Source: Phaeosaccion multiseriatum
Lineage: Eukaryota; Protista; Ochrophyta, other classes
Assembly: GCA_965112735.1 (NCBI GenBank)
Contig: OZ218960.1
Span: forward strand, 1,550,001-1,614,000
Reading direction: 5' to 3'
Length of the DNA stretch: 64,000 nt
Within the stretch, counting starts at the first letter, position 1. Each line of letters starts with the position of its first letter. The notes under the pieces are model-generated. The model worked only from the letters and a program-made list of their open reading frames with translations. It had not been told where the DNA came from and made no database searches. Positions 37,032-62,202 of the stretch are shown piece by piece. Made by a program: the position numbers and the translations under genes.

Positions 37032-37642
37032 ACACGCGTGAGTGCGTGCGTGCGCAGGAGTGAGCGAGTGTGGTGGGCTGGAACTTGGAAGGAAATTGTG
37101 ACGGTTTTAGCGGAAGCACCGGAGTGTGGATATATGCACAGGCATGTTTGAAAGTACCGTCTCTGGGAGGGAAAGAGGGGCTTGGTCTGGAGCTGGCATG
37201 GCCTTGACTGTCGTGGAAAGTATTTCCTTTTTAGGTACTTTCTTCACACGACCGATAGCCTGGCTAGCTGGCACTCTACGTAGACCAGTCTGTCTTCTCT
37301 TTTATCTCTTTCGGTGCTTGCATGTACGAGTCCCACCCTCATATATATATATATATATATATATATTGCACCCCCCTGCGCTTTCGGACCTTGAGGCGAG
37401 GAGCACACATAGCTGCAGGCAACATACAGGCAACATGGCGTTGTTAGGCTGCAGCTTCCTCATCCTTACGCTGCCCCCCACCCCCGCCCCGTCACTTGTT
37501 CACAATCCCCTGGCAGGAGCTGATCACGCAGCAGGGCGGCACCCTCATCTTCGACGGAAAGGACGTGCTGTGGGAGTTTAACGACAAGGGGATCTTGGTG
37601 TACACGGACGTGCAGGAGGTGTTGAAGGTGCTTGGCGAGTAG
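35168..37642 (+). CDS. Plastid-targeted AhpC/TSA (peroxiredoxin-like, PRXL2/AAED1-type) thioredoxin-fold protein, 5 exons
   Basis: Exons 35168-35446, 35687-35727, 35827-36106, 36669-36863, 37517-37642. Signal peptide + SSA|F bipartite presequence; motifs HFGDFNSWE, VVGVGIG, AGIGSPGT, RPFEVATVRLQNM and QQGGTLIF. Confidence 0.85.
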
Positions 37643-38093
37643 TACGGGCGTATGGGTACATGCAGGCGTATGGGCCTGCTACTTGGAGGTGGGCAAGGGA
37701 GGGAGGCTCTTGGTAGTAGAGTACTTAGCTCAGTGTCAGGTTGAGGAGAGGGAGGACGAGGGGAGTATCATCATAACCACGTGTAATTACATATTTTTAA
37801 TTTTTTAATGTTAATTTTTTTATATTCCAGCAACAGCACCACACCATCCCAACCCTCCCTCCTCTTTCCCGGCCGCTAATGCTAATTATCTTCAATATCG
37901 CTCTTAATATAGAGTACCCGCACAAATTAAAGGGAAAAAAGAAAAAAGGGTAGGATCACCATGGTCGTGTTGGTGGTTTGCCGCCAGCTGTGAGCCCCGA
38001 GACCAGAGGGTAGCTGTAGTAGCTATAATAGCCCAGCCCGGCCGCAAGCAAGCAAGAAGTGGGTCCAGGGGACACAATCAGGGCTTTGCAGCA

Positions 38094-39373
38094 ATGCCGA
38101 CATCTTCGCTCTCGGGTCTGTGTGTAGCTCGGCCGCTGTCTTGTCTGGTGCGTCATCAGCAGCGGCATGGCCAGAGGCTGCTTCGAGCAGAGAGAAGAGC
38201 AAGTTCTACAACAACAGCAACTGCAGCAGCAGCAGCGGCGCCGGGGGTGGCAGGAAGGGGAGAAAGATGGGGACGACTGGGGGGTTCAACAGCAGGAGCA
38301 GGGGGTAGAGTAGACTGTGCGGGATTGCCCTTGTTGAGGCACGGCGCGCAGGCTTTGGCTACTGTAGACAATGCGATGGCATTGAGACGCTGGAAGAGGC
38401 ATATCAGCACCACATGTTCAACAGCAGCAACATGGAAGCAGCAGTCCGAAAGCGGTGGCTCACCGCCATCGGCAGCATCTCCAGAACAGACTGCGGCAGC
38501 CGCAGCGTCTGCTCGCATCAAGCTTCTGGACGAGAGTCTGGCTGCGACGCTGGGGGCGAAGGCAGCGAAGGGTGCCGCCGCTTCAGGAGGAAACGAGGCC
38601 GACGATTTGAGCAGCAGTAGTAGTAGTGGTGACACCCAGAGCAGCAGCAGCAGCAGCAGTGAGAAGGACAACAATATGAAGGGCAAGAAGAAGAAGAAGA
38701 AGAAGAAGAAGGTCTGGAACAAGGTAAACCCTCGCAGCTTTGTGAGCGAAATGAACTCCATCAATAAGCTCGATGGCAAGCTCTTCTTCGGCACCTCCGT
38801 GGTGAGCAAGGCGGAGGATAGCCCGGCATGGCCACACTTGGGCTCTCTTCGGCTTGCGGACGGGGCCGCCTCCGAGCACACTGCCCTGCTAAAGGGACAT
38901 GTCTCGCTCGTGGGCGCGAGCTTCAAGTGAGTGGAGTGAGTGTTTGGCTCTCAGCACCTGGGGAAGGCCCTGGGGAAAGAAGGAATGGACGGTTTCCCCT
39001 TTCCTCCGTTCGATTTCGCATAGGTAGCAAGCAGTCACTCAGCCATGCTTGGTCCATCTACCTATCCGTCTGTCCCCGCTCGCTCACGCCCCCACTCGAG
39101 GTTTCGTCATCCTCCGATTTCCCGCCAACCTCTTCACACAACCCACGCACTCTTGCTTCCCCCCCCCTCCTGCTGCTGCTGCTGCTGCTTCTGCTTGTGT
39201 ATCACCAACTGCTGCGTCTCTCCTTCGTCCAACACTTTGCCGTCCTCGCCTCACCTCACAACAGAGACTACGGCTTTAAGCGTCTCCCTTCTTGGTACGA
39301 GCCGTGGATCGCCGCTTTTGAAGGACAGCACGCCCGACCTGGCGGCGACGGCGGCGGATTGAGTCGCCAACAC

Positions 39374-39424
<51 letters not shown>

Positions 39425-39865
39425 GGGCCAACGAACAGTAGCAGCAGTAGCTCACCAGTTTTACCAGGGAAGGGAACGTGCCAGTATCTTAGTCTCTCCT
39501 TTGTGGAGACTTGGCTTCTGCGGCAATTTCCGAGCTTGATTATGAAGGACATGCGTCGCAATATCCGGCCCGATTTGGTGCCTCATTGCCATGTGCATTT
39601 CGGCAACACGGAGGACTTTCGGGACCTCATTCGCCTCTCCAACCGCCTGACGGCGTACGTGTATCTTGTGGATGTGGAGGGGCGCATCAGATGGAGGGGT
39701 TGCGGGGATGCTTCTGGGCAGGAGGTGGAGCACCTTCTCACCTGTACACGACAGCTGCTCGTGGAAGCAGATGTTGCCAAAGCGGCAGCAGCAGGAGGGG
39801 CCAGGAGGGAGAGGAGAAGTGCTGGGTACAAGCCCCTTGGATACAAGACTACGCGACGTTTGTAA
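38094..39865 (+). CDS. ATP10: Mitochondrial ATP synthase assembly factor ATP10-like, 2 exons (38094-38926, 39265-39865)
   Basis: C-terminal RLSNRLTAYVYLVDVEGRIRWRGCGDAS matches the ATP10 family signature. Arg/Ser-rich N-terminus; phase-2 GT-AG intron. Confidence 0.85.
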
Positions 39866-40102
39866 CTGTAGTGCTTGCGCTTGTAACTGTAGTATAGTGG
39901 TTCCCTGCCTTCCCCTCCCCAGTTCCGTACCCTCCGCCAGTAGGCCCCTGGGAGGAACAGAACACACAGGGATTGAGGGCCCGTTTGATGATAAGGAAGG
40001 AAGGGCAAGGGCAGGAAGAATTGCTCCAAAACTACATTAGAATTAAAATTAAATAAAAGGGGAGAAAAAAAGTATTTACACCTCCACCTTCCCACAAGAA
40101 CA

Positions 40103-40771
40103 CTACAGAGTCTTCTTATTCGACAGCGGGGAGACGTGCTGATGCTGCTGCTGCTGCTGCGGAGAGGCAGGCATTGCGTACAGCGCGGACAGGGCCGCCC
40201 CATGCCGTCGCCACTGCATTAGCACCAGCAGCACGATGAAGAGCAGGAGGCCCAGGAGGTTCTTAAGGAGCACCACTTCCGGGGCCTGTGCGTGGTACAG
40301 CTGTTGGTCGGCGGTGGGTGGGAGCTCTTTGATGCTTTCTGTCGCGTGCGCGTGGTCCGGCGGCGGTCGTGGGATCTGCTGCTGCTGTTGGTGGTGGTGG
40401 TGGTGGTGCTCTTCTCTTTGCAGCGTTGACTCGTCCACTGCTGCTGCTCTTGCTGCTGCTTCCACCGCCGCTACTTGTGCTGCCGTCTCATTCGCAATGG
40501 TCTCTTCTTCTTTCCGTCGTTCCTTTCCTGCTGCCCCGTCGCTGTTGAGCTCACTGTCTCCCGCGTCTACTCCTACTACTTCTCCAGTAACCACTGACGG
40601 CTCTTCTTCTCTTGCGTCCTCGGCATGAACTTCAAAGACCTCTCCTTCTTCCTCTCTGCTTTCCTCAACTACTGCTGCCTCTGCCTGTGGAGTTGCTGCC
40701 GCACTGGTGTCTGTTGTAGCGCCTTCTGCCACAGCAGCGTCGGCGCTGCGGTCCTTCTTTCCCCATCCCAT
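40103..40771 (-). CDS. Hypothetical acidic protein with a C-terminal transmembrane helix
   Basis: ORF from ATG at 40771 (MGWGKKDRS), Glu/Ala-rich, with hydrophobic LLGLLLFIVLLVLM near the C-terminus. No recognisable family. Confidence 0.55.
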   Translation of the reverse strand: MGWGKKDRSADAAVAEGATTDTSAAATPQAEAAVVEESREEEGEVFEVHAEDAREEEPSVVTGEVVGVDAGDSELNSDGAAGKERRKEEETIANETAAQVAAVEAAARAAAVDESTLQREEHHHHHHQQQQQIPRPPPDHAHATESIKELPPTADQQLYHAQAPEVVLLKNLLGLLLFIVLLVLMQWRRHGAALSALYAMPASPQQQQQHQHVSPLSNKKTL

Positions 40772-40794
40772 GGGCAGGACAGAGAGAACAAGAG

Positions 40795-40985
<191 letters not shown>

Positions 40986-41070
40986 CTGTCGGGTCTCAGA
41001 CTCACCGCAGAATTTGAGTGTAAATAAGCCCCCGCGCTCTCACATCGTCATTATCAAACCCACCAGAATC

Positions 41071-42395
41071 ATGAGGTCTCTCTTATCATTAGCGTGCGTC
41101 CTTCTTGTAAGCGAGGTGTCTGGGTTCGTGCATCCCTCCCTTCCCCTTAGCGTTAGTAGCAGCAGGAACAACCCAGGAGCATTACGAGCACACAACACAG
41201 GCGGCGAGGGGCAGGAGGCAGAGGGAAGGAGACCATGGGAGACGGTTGTGCAAGAAGCAGGGCAATCTGTCGTTGTAGCTGCGGGATGCTTCGCGCTAGC
41301 GGTCGGAGTGTGGGGCGGGGCAGCTGTGGCTGATGGTAAGTACATACATATGAGAGGGAAAGAGAAGTAGAGGAAGGTCTGGGGCGTCCTACAGTCGGGC
41401 TGGGGCATGCATGTTCCGCCCCCCCCCCCCCCCCTCGTGCGGAGAGCTGCCGCACGGACCCACTCGCTTGCTTTGAGCTGACAACGAGCCCCCCTTCCCT
41501 CCGTCCGTGCGGTTGCCATGGCAGTAAGCGACCATCCCATGGCTGTAGCCCCCCCCCCCGTCTTAGAGAAGAGACTTGAGACACAAATTTCATTGACGAG
41601 CGTACCCTCTTTTTCTCTCCCCCCCACCCCCCCTCCCTTGCTGCCGCCGACCCACCACATCCACCCATCGATCAAACCCACCCCCACCCCCCACCCCCCC
41701 CAACCTTCCTCCTCCTTATTTCCATCTCCACACTATACACATGTTAGGCTCCACGGAGAAGTTCAACTTCCCTCCCATTGATGCCACCACGAGCCGCGAC
41801 CGCTGCACGTTCAAATCCAGCGCCATGGGGCAGGCCAACGCCGCTCGCGACAAGCTCTACGACCTGAGGCAGTGTAAGATGAGCGGCAAGGACGCCACCT
41901 CCTTCGATATGTCGGGCGTCATCGCCTCCGAGGCGGACTTTAGCAATGTGAACTTCAGGGAGGCCGTCATGAGCAAGGCTTATGCTAGGTAAGTTGAGTG
42001 AGTGAGTGAGTGAGTGAGTGAGTGAGTGAGTGAGTGAGTGTGTGTGAGAGTGAGTGAGTGAGTGTGTGATTGAGTGAGTGTGTGTGTGAGTGAGTGAGTG
42101 AGTGTGTGAGTGAGTGAGGGAGGGAGGGAGGGAGAAGTGAGTGGTTAAGTGAGTGAGGATAAAAGAGTATCACCAACTACTGTGGTGATGGTGGTGGTCA
42201 TGGTGGTGCTGTGTCACGCAACTGTTTCTGTTGATTCGATGCGTTGTCGGGCAAGGAAGGGCGAGGGTGTGGTAGAGTGAGGTGTGGAAAATGAGGCGTG
42301 TGAGGTCGGCATGACGCCCCCCCCCTCCAACTTCCGAGCAATCCCGACCCCCCCCCCCCACACACACATACGCTCACGCGCGCACACACACACAT

Positions 42396-42440
<45 letters not shown>

Positions 42441-42907
42441 ACACGAGACACATAGTACACACATACACACACGCATATACCCACCCACCCCCACGTCCAC
42501 CCATGCAAACAGAACAAACAAGCTACACTTCACCTACCCTGTCCCTTATCCTACGATTACGTAGTTCTTACATTGATTCCCATAAGTCAATATATTTCCT
42601 CTTGACCCCCATCCCCGCCCATCCCCAATCCTACAGGAATAGTAACTTTGCGGGTGCTGACTTCACCAACGCCGTGGTCGATCGCGTCTCCTTCGACAAC
42701 TCCAACATGAAGGACGCCGTCTTCCAAAACACCGTGCTCACCTCCACCTCCTTCAACAACGCCGACGTCACCAACGCGGATTTCACAGACGCCTATATGG
42801 GGGAGTTCGATCTCAAGAATCTGTGCAAAAACCCCACCCTGAAGGGGGAGAACCCGCTCACAGGCGTTCCTACAAAGGAGAGTCTCGGCTGTGGGGCAGG
42901 GAGGTAG
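41071..42907 (+). CDS. Thylakoid lumenal pentapeptide-repeat protein (TL17-like), 3 exons (41071-41335, 41748-41988, 42637-42907)
   Basis: Signal peptide + VSG|F, lumenal transfer peptide ending AVA|D, the motif RC...GQANAARDKLYDLRQC, A(D/N)FxxA pentapeptide repeats and a C-terminal Cys pair (LCKNPTL...LGC). Confidence 0.9.
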
Positions 42908-43311
42908 AGGGTGTAGGGTGGAGTGGTAGGTGACTCCTCGCTCAGGCAGGGTAGTCCGTGAGCCTACCCTCGTTAAAGCTTTGCTATATATATATACATA
43001 CATAATAGAAACGATGGGGAAAGGAGGGAAGAGGAGGGGTCCATGTGCCTCCGAGCATCAGAGAGAGAGAGAGAGAGTGATTTGATTATTTTTTTAATTA
43101 GAATTATTCGTAGAATATCCCTAAGGAGGAGAGGAGAGGCGGGAGGGGCTGAGTGCGGTCTACTGTACGGTGTCCTTTGCTTGCTTTGTCATCCATTCAT
43201 CAGGGCGGGGCCGATCCATTGCGCCGCCCCCCTTCCAAATGGCGTATCTGGATTCGAAGGCTCTGCCCCCCGCCAGATCCGCCGCGCCACCCACTTTGTT
43301 TTGCATTGGCA

Positions 43312-45996
43312 ATGGTGTATAGAGCAGCAGCAGCCGCCGTGCGGGTTGGAAGAGCAGCGCGCCACTCGTGCAGCTCGTCACAGGGGACGAGAGAGGGGCT
43401 CTGCGGGCAGGGAGGAGCGGGTGCGATGCTTCACGCGGCTGTGGGGCAGAGCAATCGGCTCTTCAGCAGCACAGGAGCAGCAGCCGCACCAGCGGGGAAG
43501 GTGACGATGGATGTCATCAAGGAGCTCCGAGGGGCTTCTGGGGCGCCCATCACAGACTGCAAAAAGGCGCTTACGGTACGTGCGTGAGGGAGGGAGAGCG
43601 GTAGTGGTACAGTTTGACAAATACGGGCGCCTGTTCAATGAAATAAATTTCTCTCTGGCGCGGCCTACAGGGGATTTGGGCGGCAATCCCCGCAAAGGGG
43701 GTCCTCCACAAGGCGCAGCAGCAGGAGAGCATTTCTCTCCTCAAGCTCTCATACGCCCCTGGAGCTCTCGGTAGATCCTCAACCCAACCTCTCTGAAATT
43801 GGTTCTTCGTCACATTTGACTTGCTTCGAAGCAGCCCTCACCCAGCCCACCCCCTTATTACCGCCGCCCTCTGTCTTTACCACTTCTTCTATCTTTTGCA
43901 TGTGCAACACGAGGAAAGGCTGAAGGCGTGGACGGTGACATTGCGAAAGCCTTCGAGTGGTTGAGAAAGAGGGGAATTTCTAAGGCGTCAAGCATGGCGG
44001 TAAGAGTGCAAGGGAGGGCGTGAGTGATGATTAAGCGAAGACCACAGTGCAACGTCCAGGAACGGAACCTGAAACCAGAGCTTACGAGTTGGGAGGTCAT
44101 CAGTTATAAACCCCTCACTCCCCCACCCATCCACCCCTCCCTCTCCCTCTCCCTCTCCGTCCCTTCTCAGGACCGAAGCGCCAATGAGGGGCTAATCGGG
44201 GTGTGGTGCAGTGAAGAGGAGGGGCAGGACGGAGAGGAGAAGCGACGGGGGGGCAAAGGGGTGATAGTGGAGGTAGGCAGCGAGACGGACTTTGTAGCCA
44301 GGAACGAGCGCTTCCAGGTAAGCCAGGGAGGGAGGCAGGCAGGGAGGGAGGGAGGGAGGGAGGGAGGGAGGGAGGGAGGGAGCGGGTAAGCAAGTGAGTG
44401 GGGACGTGAGTGAGGACGTGAGTGAGGACGTGAGTGAAGGAGGGGAAGAGAAAGGCTTAGAGGCCGTGTGTCTGCCCTGACGGAGAGGAGCTCGACGCTG
44501 CTGCCTGTGCACTCCCGCTCAATGAAAGAGAGAGCTGGTCTCAGCATGTGTACCTCAAGCCAACCCCTCTTACGCCTGTCGCCTGCTTCCACTGTATGAC
44601 CAACTGCTGCTGCTCCTTGCTGATCCTGCTGCTGTATCACTCACTGCTTCAGGCATTTTTGAGAGATGTGCTACGGACAGTGGAGAGAAGCGGAGCGGAC
44701 AGCGGGCCCGTCGACGTTACAGCTCTGCTGCAGGAGAAGGTGGCACGGCAGGAGGGAGGAGCCGGAGCCGTTGGTGATGCGGGGGTCACTGTTGGCGATG
44801 CGCTGGCGGACCTCGTGGGCGTGATTCGAGAGAACATCACCGTCAAGCGGGCGGGCGTACTGAGGGTGGAGCAGGTGAGTTTGAGTTTGAGTTGGTGTAT
44901 TTAAGTTTCAGCCTCAGTTGATGAGAATCCCACCCAGTATCCATTATCGACATCGAGTAAGGTACCGTCAAGAGGTCACATCGATGTTTTTACCGTTACC
45001 GTTGGTGAGAGTGGGCACACATGTACGCACCCACATTACTCGGGTGCACTAGTACTAGTTTCCCCGTCCTATCTGGTCTGGTGTGATAAAGAAAAGCTTG
45101 TCTCCCATGTGAACTGGACTTGTGCTCATCTCGTTTTGCCTGTGTATATGTGTTTGCTGTGCGTGTGCGCGCGTGTGTGTGTGTGTGCTGTGTGTGTGTG
45201 CGTGCGTGTGTGCAAAACAGGGCGTCGTAAGCAGCTACGTGCACGGAGCCGCGGGCATTGGAATGGGAAAGGTGAGTGCGTGAGTGCGCAGCCCCTCCAG
45301 CCTCTCCCGCCCCCCCACCACCGCCCACACCCTGGTGTCGGCACTCTGTTCATACACAACTCTCACGACTCGGCACCAGCTTCTCTGGCGTCCATGTAAA
45401 AAGGAGTCCACTGTTCCAACTCCCGCGTGCGCTGCATACATCCGCTTCTCCCTGTCATACTTCCTTCCTTTCACCCTTCCCTTCCGTTTCACCATTCCCC
45501 TCCCGGCCACCCTTCCCTCCCTCGCCCCTCTGTGCTTGCTACAATGGACCTGTAACTGAATGTGACCGTTCCCCAGAGCGCGGCACTGGTGGCACTGAGA
45601 TCCTCCCTTCCCTTGCAAGACAGCTCCTCCTCCTCCTCCTCCTCCTCCCTCTCTCACGTGGGTAAGGCTCTCGCCATGCACGTTGTGGCCGCCAAACCCT
45701 CCTTCCTGAGCCCCGCCACTGTCCCCCAAGCCGCTCTGGAGAGGGAGAAGGCCATCTTCACTGAGCAAGCCCTTGGGTCCGGTAAGCCGGCCAATGTTGT
45801 GGAGAAGATGGTGAATGGAAGAGTCGCCAAGTATCTCTCGGAGCACACCTTGCTTGAACAGGGGCATATGATTGAGGAGGGCAACCCTAAGGTGGGCAAG
45901 TATATAGCAGCGTATGGGCAGCAGGAGGATGGCAGTGGAGGGGGAGGGGTGGAGGTGGATGACTTCCTGTTGTACGCTGTCGGAGGCGGGAAATGA
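43312..45996 (+). CDS. TSFM: Mitochondrial translation elongation factor Ts, 6 exons
   Basis: Exons 43312-43575, 43919-43999, 44171-44317, 44653-44874, 45221-45271, 45577-45996. Motifs [43 protein letters not shown] and [13 protein letters not shown]. Confidence 0.93.
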
Positions 45997-46251
45997 AGTA
46001 GTAGGAGATGAGGGAAATGAAAGGAGAGGGGAGACAAGAAGAACCAAGGCGCTTTGTTTGATGTATTGCAATGCTAATAATGTATATATATTAGCAGCTA
46101 TTTGAACGTCAGTAATCTTATCTGTGCACGTCATCTCATGTCTGCATGGGTTAATGCTACTACTAGTACTAGTACTACTGCCACTACTACTCCTACTTCT
46201 ACTACTACTATACTACCACTACTACTTCTACTGCTACTTCTACTGCTACTA

Positions 46252-46334
<83 letters not shown>

Positions 46335-46634
46335 GCTGCTGCTGGTTCTCCTCCTCCTGCTGCTGCTGCCGCTGGGTCTCCTCCGGTGGAAAAGGGGAGA
46401 GAAGAAAGAACCCATCAGAGCGAGTATGACCCAAAAGCAGAGATACTCACAGATACCCGTATACCACCACCCCATGCACCTGTCATGTTGTTGGAGGCCC
46501 GGATCATCCGATCAGCCGATGCTTACTGAACGTAGTACTTAGTAGAGGAGGAACGGAATATGGTGCGAACTACCCACGCGACAACAAACACAGCAACTCC
46601 TCCTTCTCCCCCACCCTGCCTCCTGCGCCTTATT

Positions 46635-48145
46635 TCAGGCTCGGGTCTGTGGTCGCCTCTCCTTTCCCTCCACTCCTCCTTCCCCTCCTCCTCCCCTCTC
46701 TCCTCGGCCCTTCCTCCCACCCCGAAGCCCACTCACGCTCATCGTGAAGGGCAGCACCGCATCCACCTCATCCTGCAAGGCCCTTAGCTCTCGCTTCAGC
46801 GCCACCCGCCTCTTAAGCAACCACTCCACATCACGCTCTGCCTGCCTCGTGGCGACCGTCGTTTCGCAGCGAACCCGTCTCCTGTTCGTGGCGACGATAC
46901 GCACCTCTACCGAAGTGATTTTTGCCCGCAACTCGCGCATGCTTCCTGGTATACCCGCTCTTTGCTTGAGAGCATCGAATGTCGAGTACTTGGCATGGTC
47001 GGACTTTGCGTTCTCATGGATAGCATACTCTCCCGGCCCGGGAGTGCCAGTGTAAGCAGAGCCACCTCTTCCGCCACCTCCTCCTCCTCCTCCCCCTCCT
47101 CTTCCTCTTCCTCTTCCGTACTGGCTGCCACTGCTACTGCTGCTACTGCTGCTGCTATTCCTCCCCGCCTTGTCGCCTCCTCCTCCTTCTCCTCTTCCTC
47201 CTCCTCCTCCTCCTCCTGCTCCTCCTCCCCCTCCCGTGCCGTCAAGGCAGGACCGCTGTTCGGTGCCCCATGTCCCATATTTCCTCTCCCTTCCGTCGAG
47301 GCCTGTTTGCCCAATGCCTTTCATCGGGTATTCCCCTGGGCCGAGCAGGGTGGGGGGCGGGAGGCAAGACCGGCTGGGGGCTGAGCTAGGCCGTTTTAGG
47401 GCCCTGTAGATTTGCCACTGGGACTCCTGTTCTCGAGGGAAGAAGTGGGAGAGAGGGAGGGAGGGAGGGAGGAAGAGAGAGAGACGGGGGGGGGGGGGGA
47501 AGAAGGAGAGAGGGAGAGAGTGGGAGAGAAAGAATCGAGGGAGGAGAAAGGTGACGACGCAGAAAGATGTCAAGGAATGAAAATAATAGAAGACAAAAAA
47601 AAAGAGGGCGGCAAGTCCCGCCCCCAGTTTACCCTTGCAGCGGCTCTTCTCTGGGTCTCGCTCTTGGCCCTCAGTGGTCAAGTCCGATCAGTTCTGCAGT
47701 CCTCTGCCTCCCCCCTCTCTGGTCCTACTTGTACGCTCTCCATCCTCACATTCAAGCGTGGCACCTCCCCCTGCGGAGGTGGGTGGTTGGTGTCGCGCTG
47801 GTGCCATCGCCTCACAAGACCTCCCTCCCTGATGACTGAAGCTGTGGAGTGTTGTGGGCCGGGATGATAGCCAGCATTGCCGTGATTGCCACGCGAGGGC
47901 CTCCGCTTCGCCCCCATGGCCCCGCTGGTGGGGGCCGCTCGCCAGTGACTTCTGCTGCCACTCTGACACGCCGAGTCCGTGAAGTGCTCAAAACCCTCTT
48001 GTTTCATGGCGTTTGTCGGCGAGAAGGGAGGGCATCGGTACGGGTTGCGCGTCTCCGGTACCGACTCGCCGGTGTCCCGCAGCTTCCGTAGGCGGAATGA
48101 GGCGTGCGTCGTCAGTCCCACGGGGCCGTCTTGTGAGCGGTACAT
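46635..48145 (-). CDS. PGP-repeat (SHIPPO/ODF3-like) protein with a C-terminal coiled coil, possibly flagellar
   Basis: Exons ~48145-47729 and 47426-~46737 (3' end uncertain). Motifs HPGPQH, LGPGEY and TPGPGEY; coiled coil MRELRAKI...LKRELRALQDEVD. Confidence 0.55.
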
Positions 48146-48237
48146 CTTAATCACCACCCCGCTGAGCCAGGGACAAGAGCTTCTCACTTCCTTTCAAAGG
48201 AAGCTTCTCACCAAGTTGTTCTTACCTACAGAGAGAG

Positions 48238-61213
<12,976 letters not shown>

Positions 61214-61677
61214 GAAGGGCTCTCTCTTTCTCTCTGTTGACTCTCTCTCTCTCTCGCCGACCTGTACTTTATAAAGAGTATTATTTTACTTTTATTCTTT
61301 TTTAAAAAAAATAATGTCTCACCGCCCCGGGGAACTTAGCCCCCGAGGTCGTATCCCTCCGACTCGTCAGTTCTCCCCATCGGCACAAAGTTGGCGTATG
61401 TCGGGCCCGCTGGAGCGCGACGGCCAATCGCCGCCGAATGACGCAAAAAGAGGGGCGGCGGCAAGCGGTTGTATCACCAACTCCACAAGCACTTTGTTGT
61501 CTTTATTTTGTTGTTGTTTTTTTTGGGACCTTCATACTAAATAGAAAGGAAGATTTCTCCCGCTTTTCCTCCCGCCTTCTCCCATTCTCCCCCATTCTCC
61601 TCACGCTACTCCTTGATTCACTCTGTCGACTCTTTTCTGGACTCGTGGGTAGCAGAGCTATCTTTGGATAGGGAGAG

Positions 61678-62202
61678 ATGGCACCAAGAATGTCTGGCAA
61701 GTGCAAGTGCGGAGCTGTACAAATCGCTCTTGACCAGGCCCCCTTCATGACCTACTACTGCCACTGCTCTCACTGCCGCGGGTTCGCGAGTAAGTTTCTC
61801 AAGTCCCCGGCGCCGTATCATGGAGGAGCCGCCGTATGGAGGTGGAACGTGGACATCCAGGGTCATCTGGAGTACGAACACACGACATCCTTGGGGGGGC
61901 TCTTTGCCATGTCACGTGGTCGCTGCGCCGCCTGCAAACAGCCAGTCGTGGAGAAGTGTGAGCGATTGGTGTGTGCCTTTGCCATGGTGATGACGGACCT
62001 TATTGAAGACTTGGAGCCTGATACCAACATCTTTTACAACAGCGGCGTGCGGAAGGGTCCCACCGTGGGGGGAAGGACGCTTTGCACAGACATTGGAAGC
62101 CTCCTGTACGAGGTTTTCATCATTGCCTTCATGGCTATTCCGTTGCTACCAGCGTCTCTTTACCGCAGGGTCACCCGCGGCAAGACCACCAAGAGCTCTT
62201 GA
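61678..62202 (+). CDS. GFA/CENP-V family zinc-binding protein, intronless, with a C-terminal hydrophobic helix
   Basis: GKCKCGAVQ...CHCSHCR...RCAACK zinc-ligand pattern. Confidence 0.85.
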   Translation: MAPRMSGKCKCGAVQIALDQAPFMTYYCHCSHCRGFASKFLKSPAPYHGGAAVWRWNVDIQGHLEYEHTTSLGGLFAMSRGRCAACKQPVVEKCERLVCAFAMVMTDLIEDLEPDTNIFYNSGVRKGPTVGGRTLCTDIGSLLYEVFIIAFMAIPLLPASLYRRVTRGKTTKSS

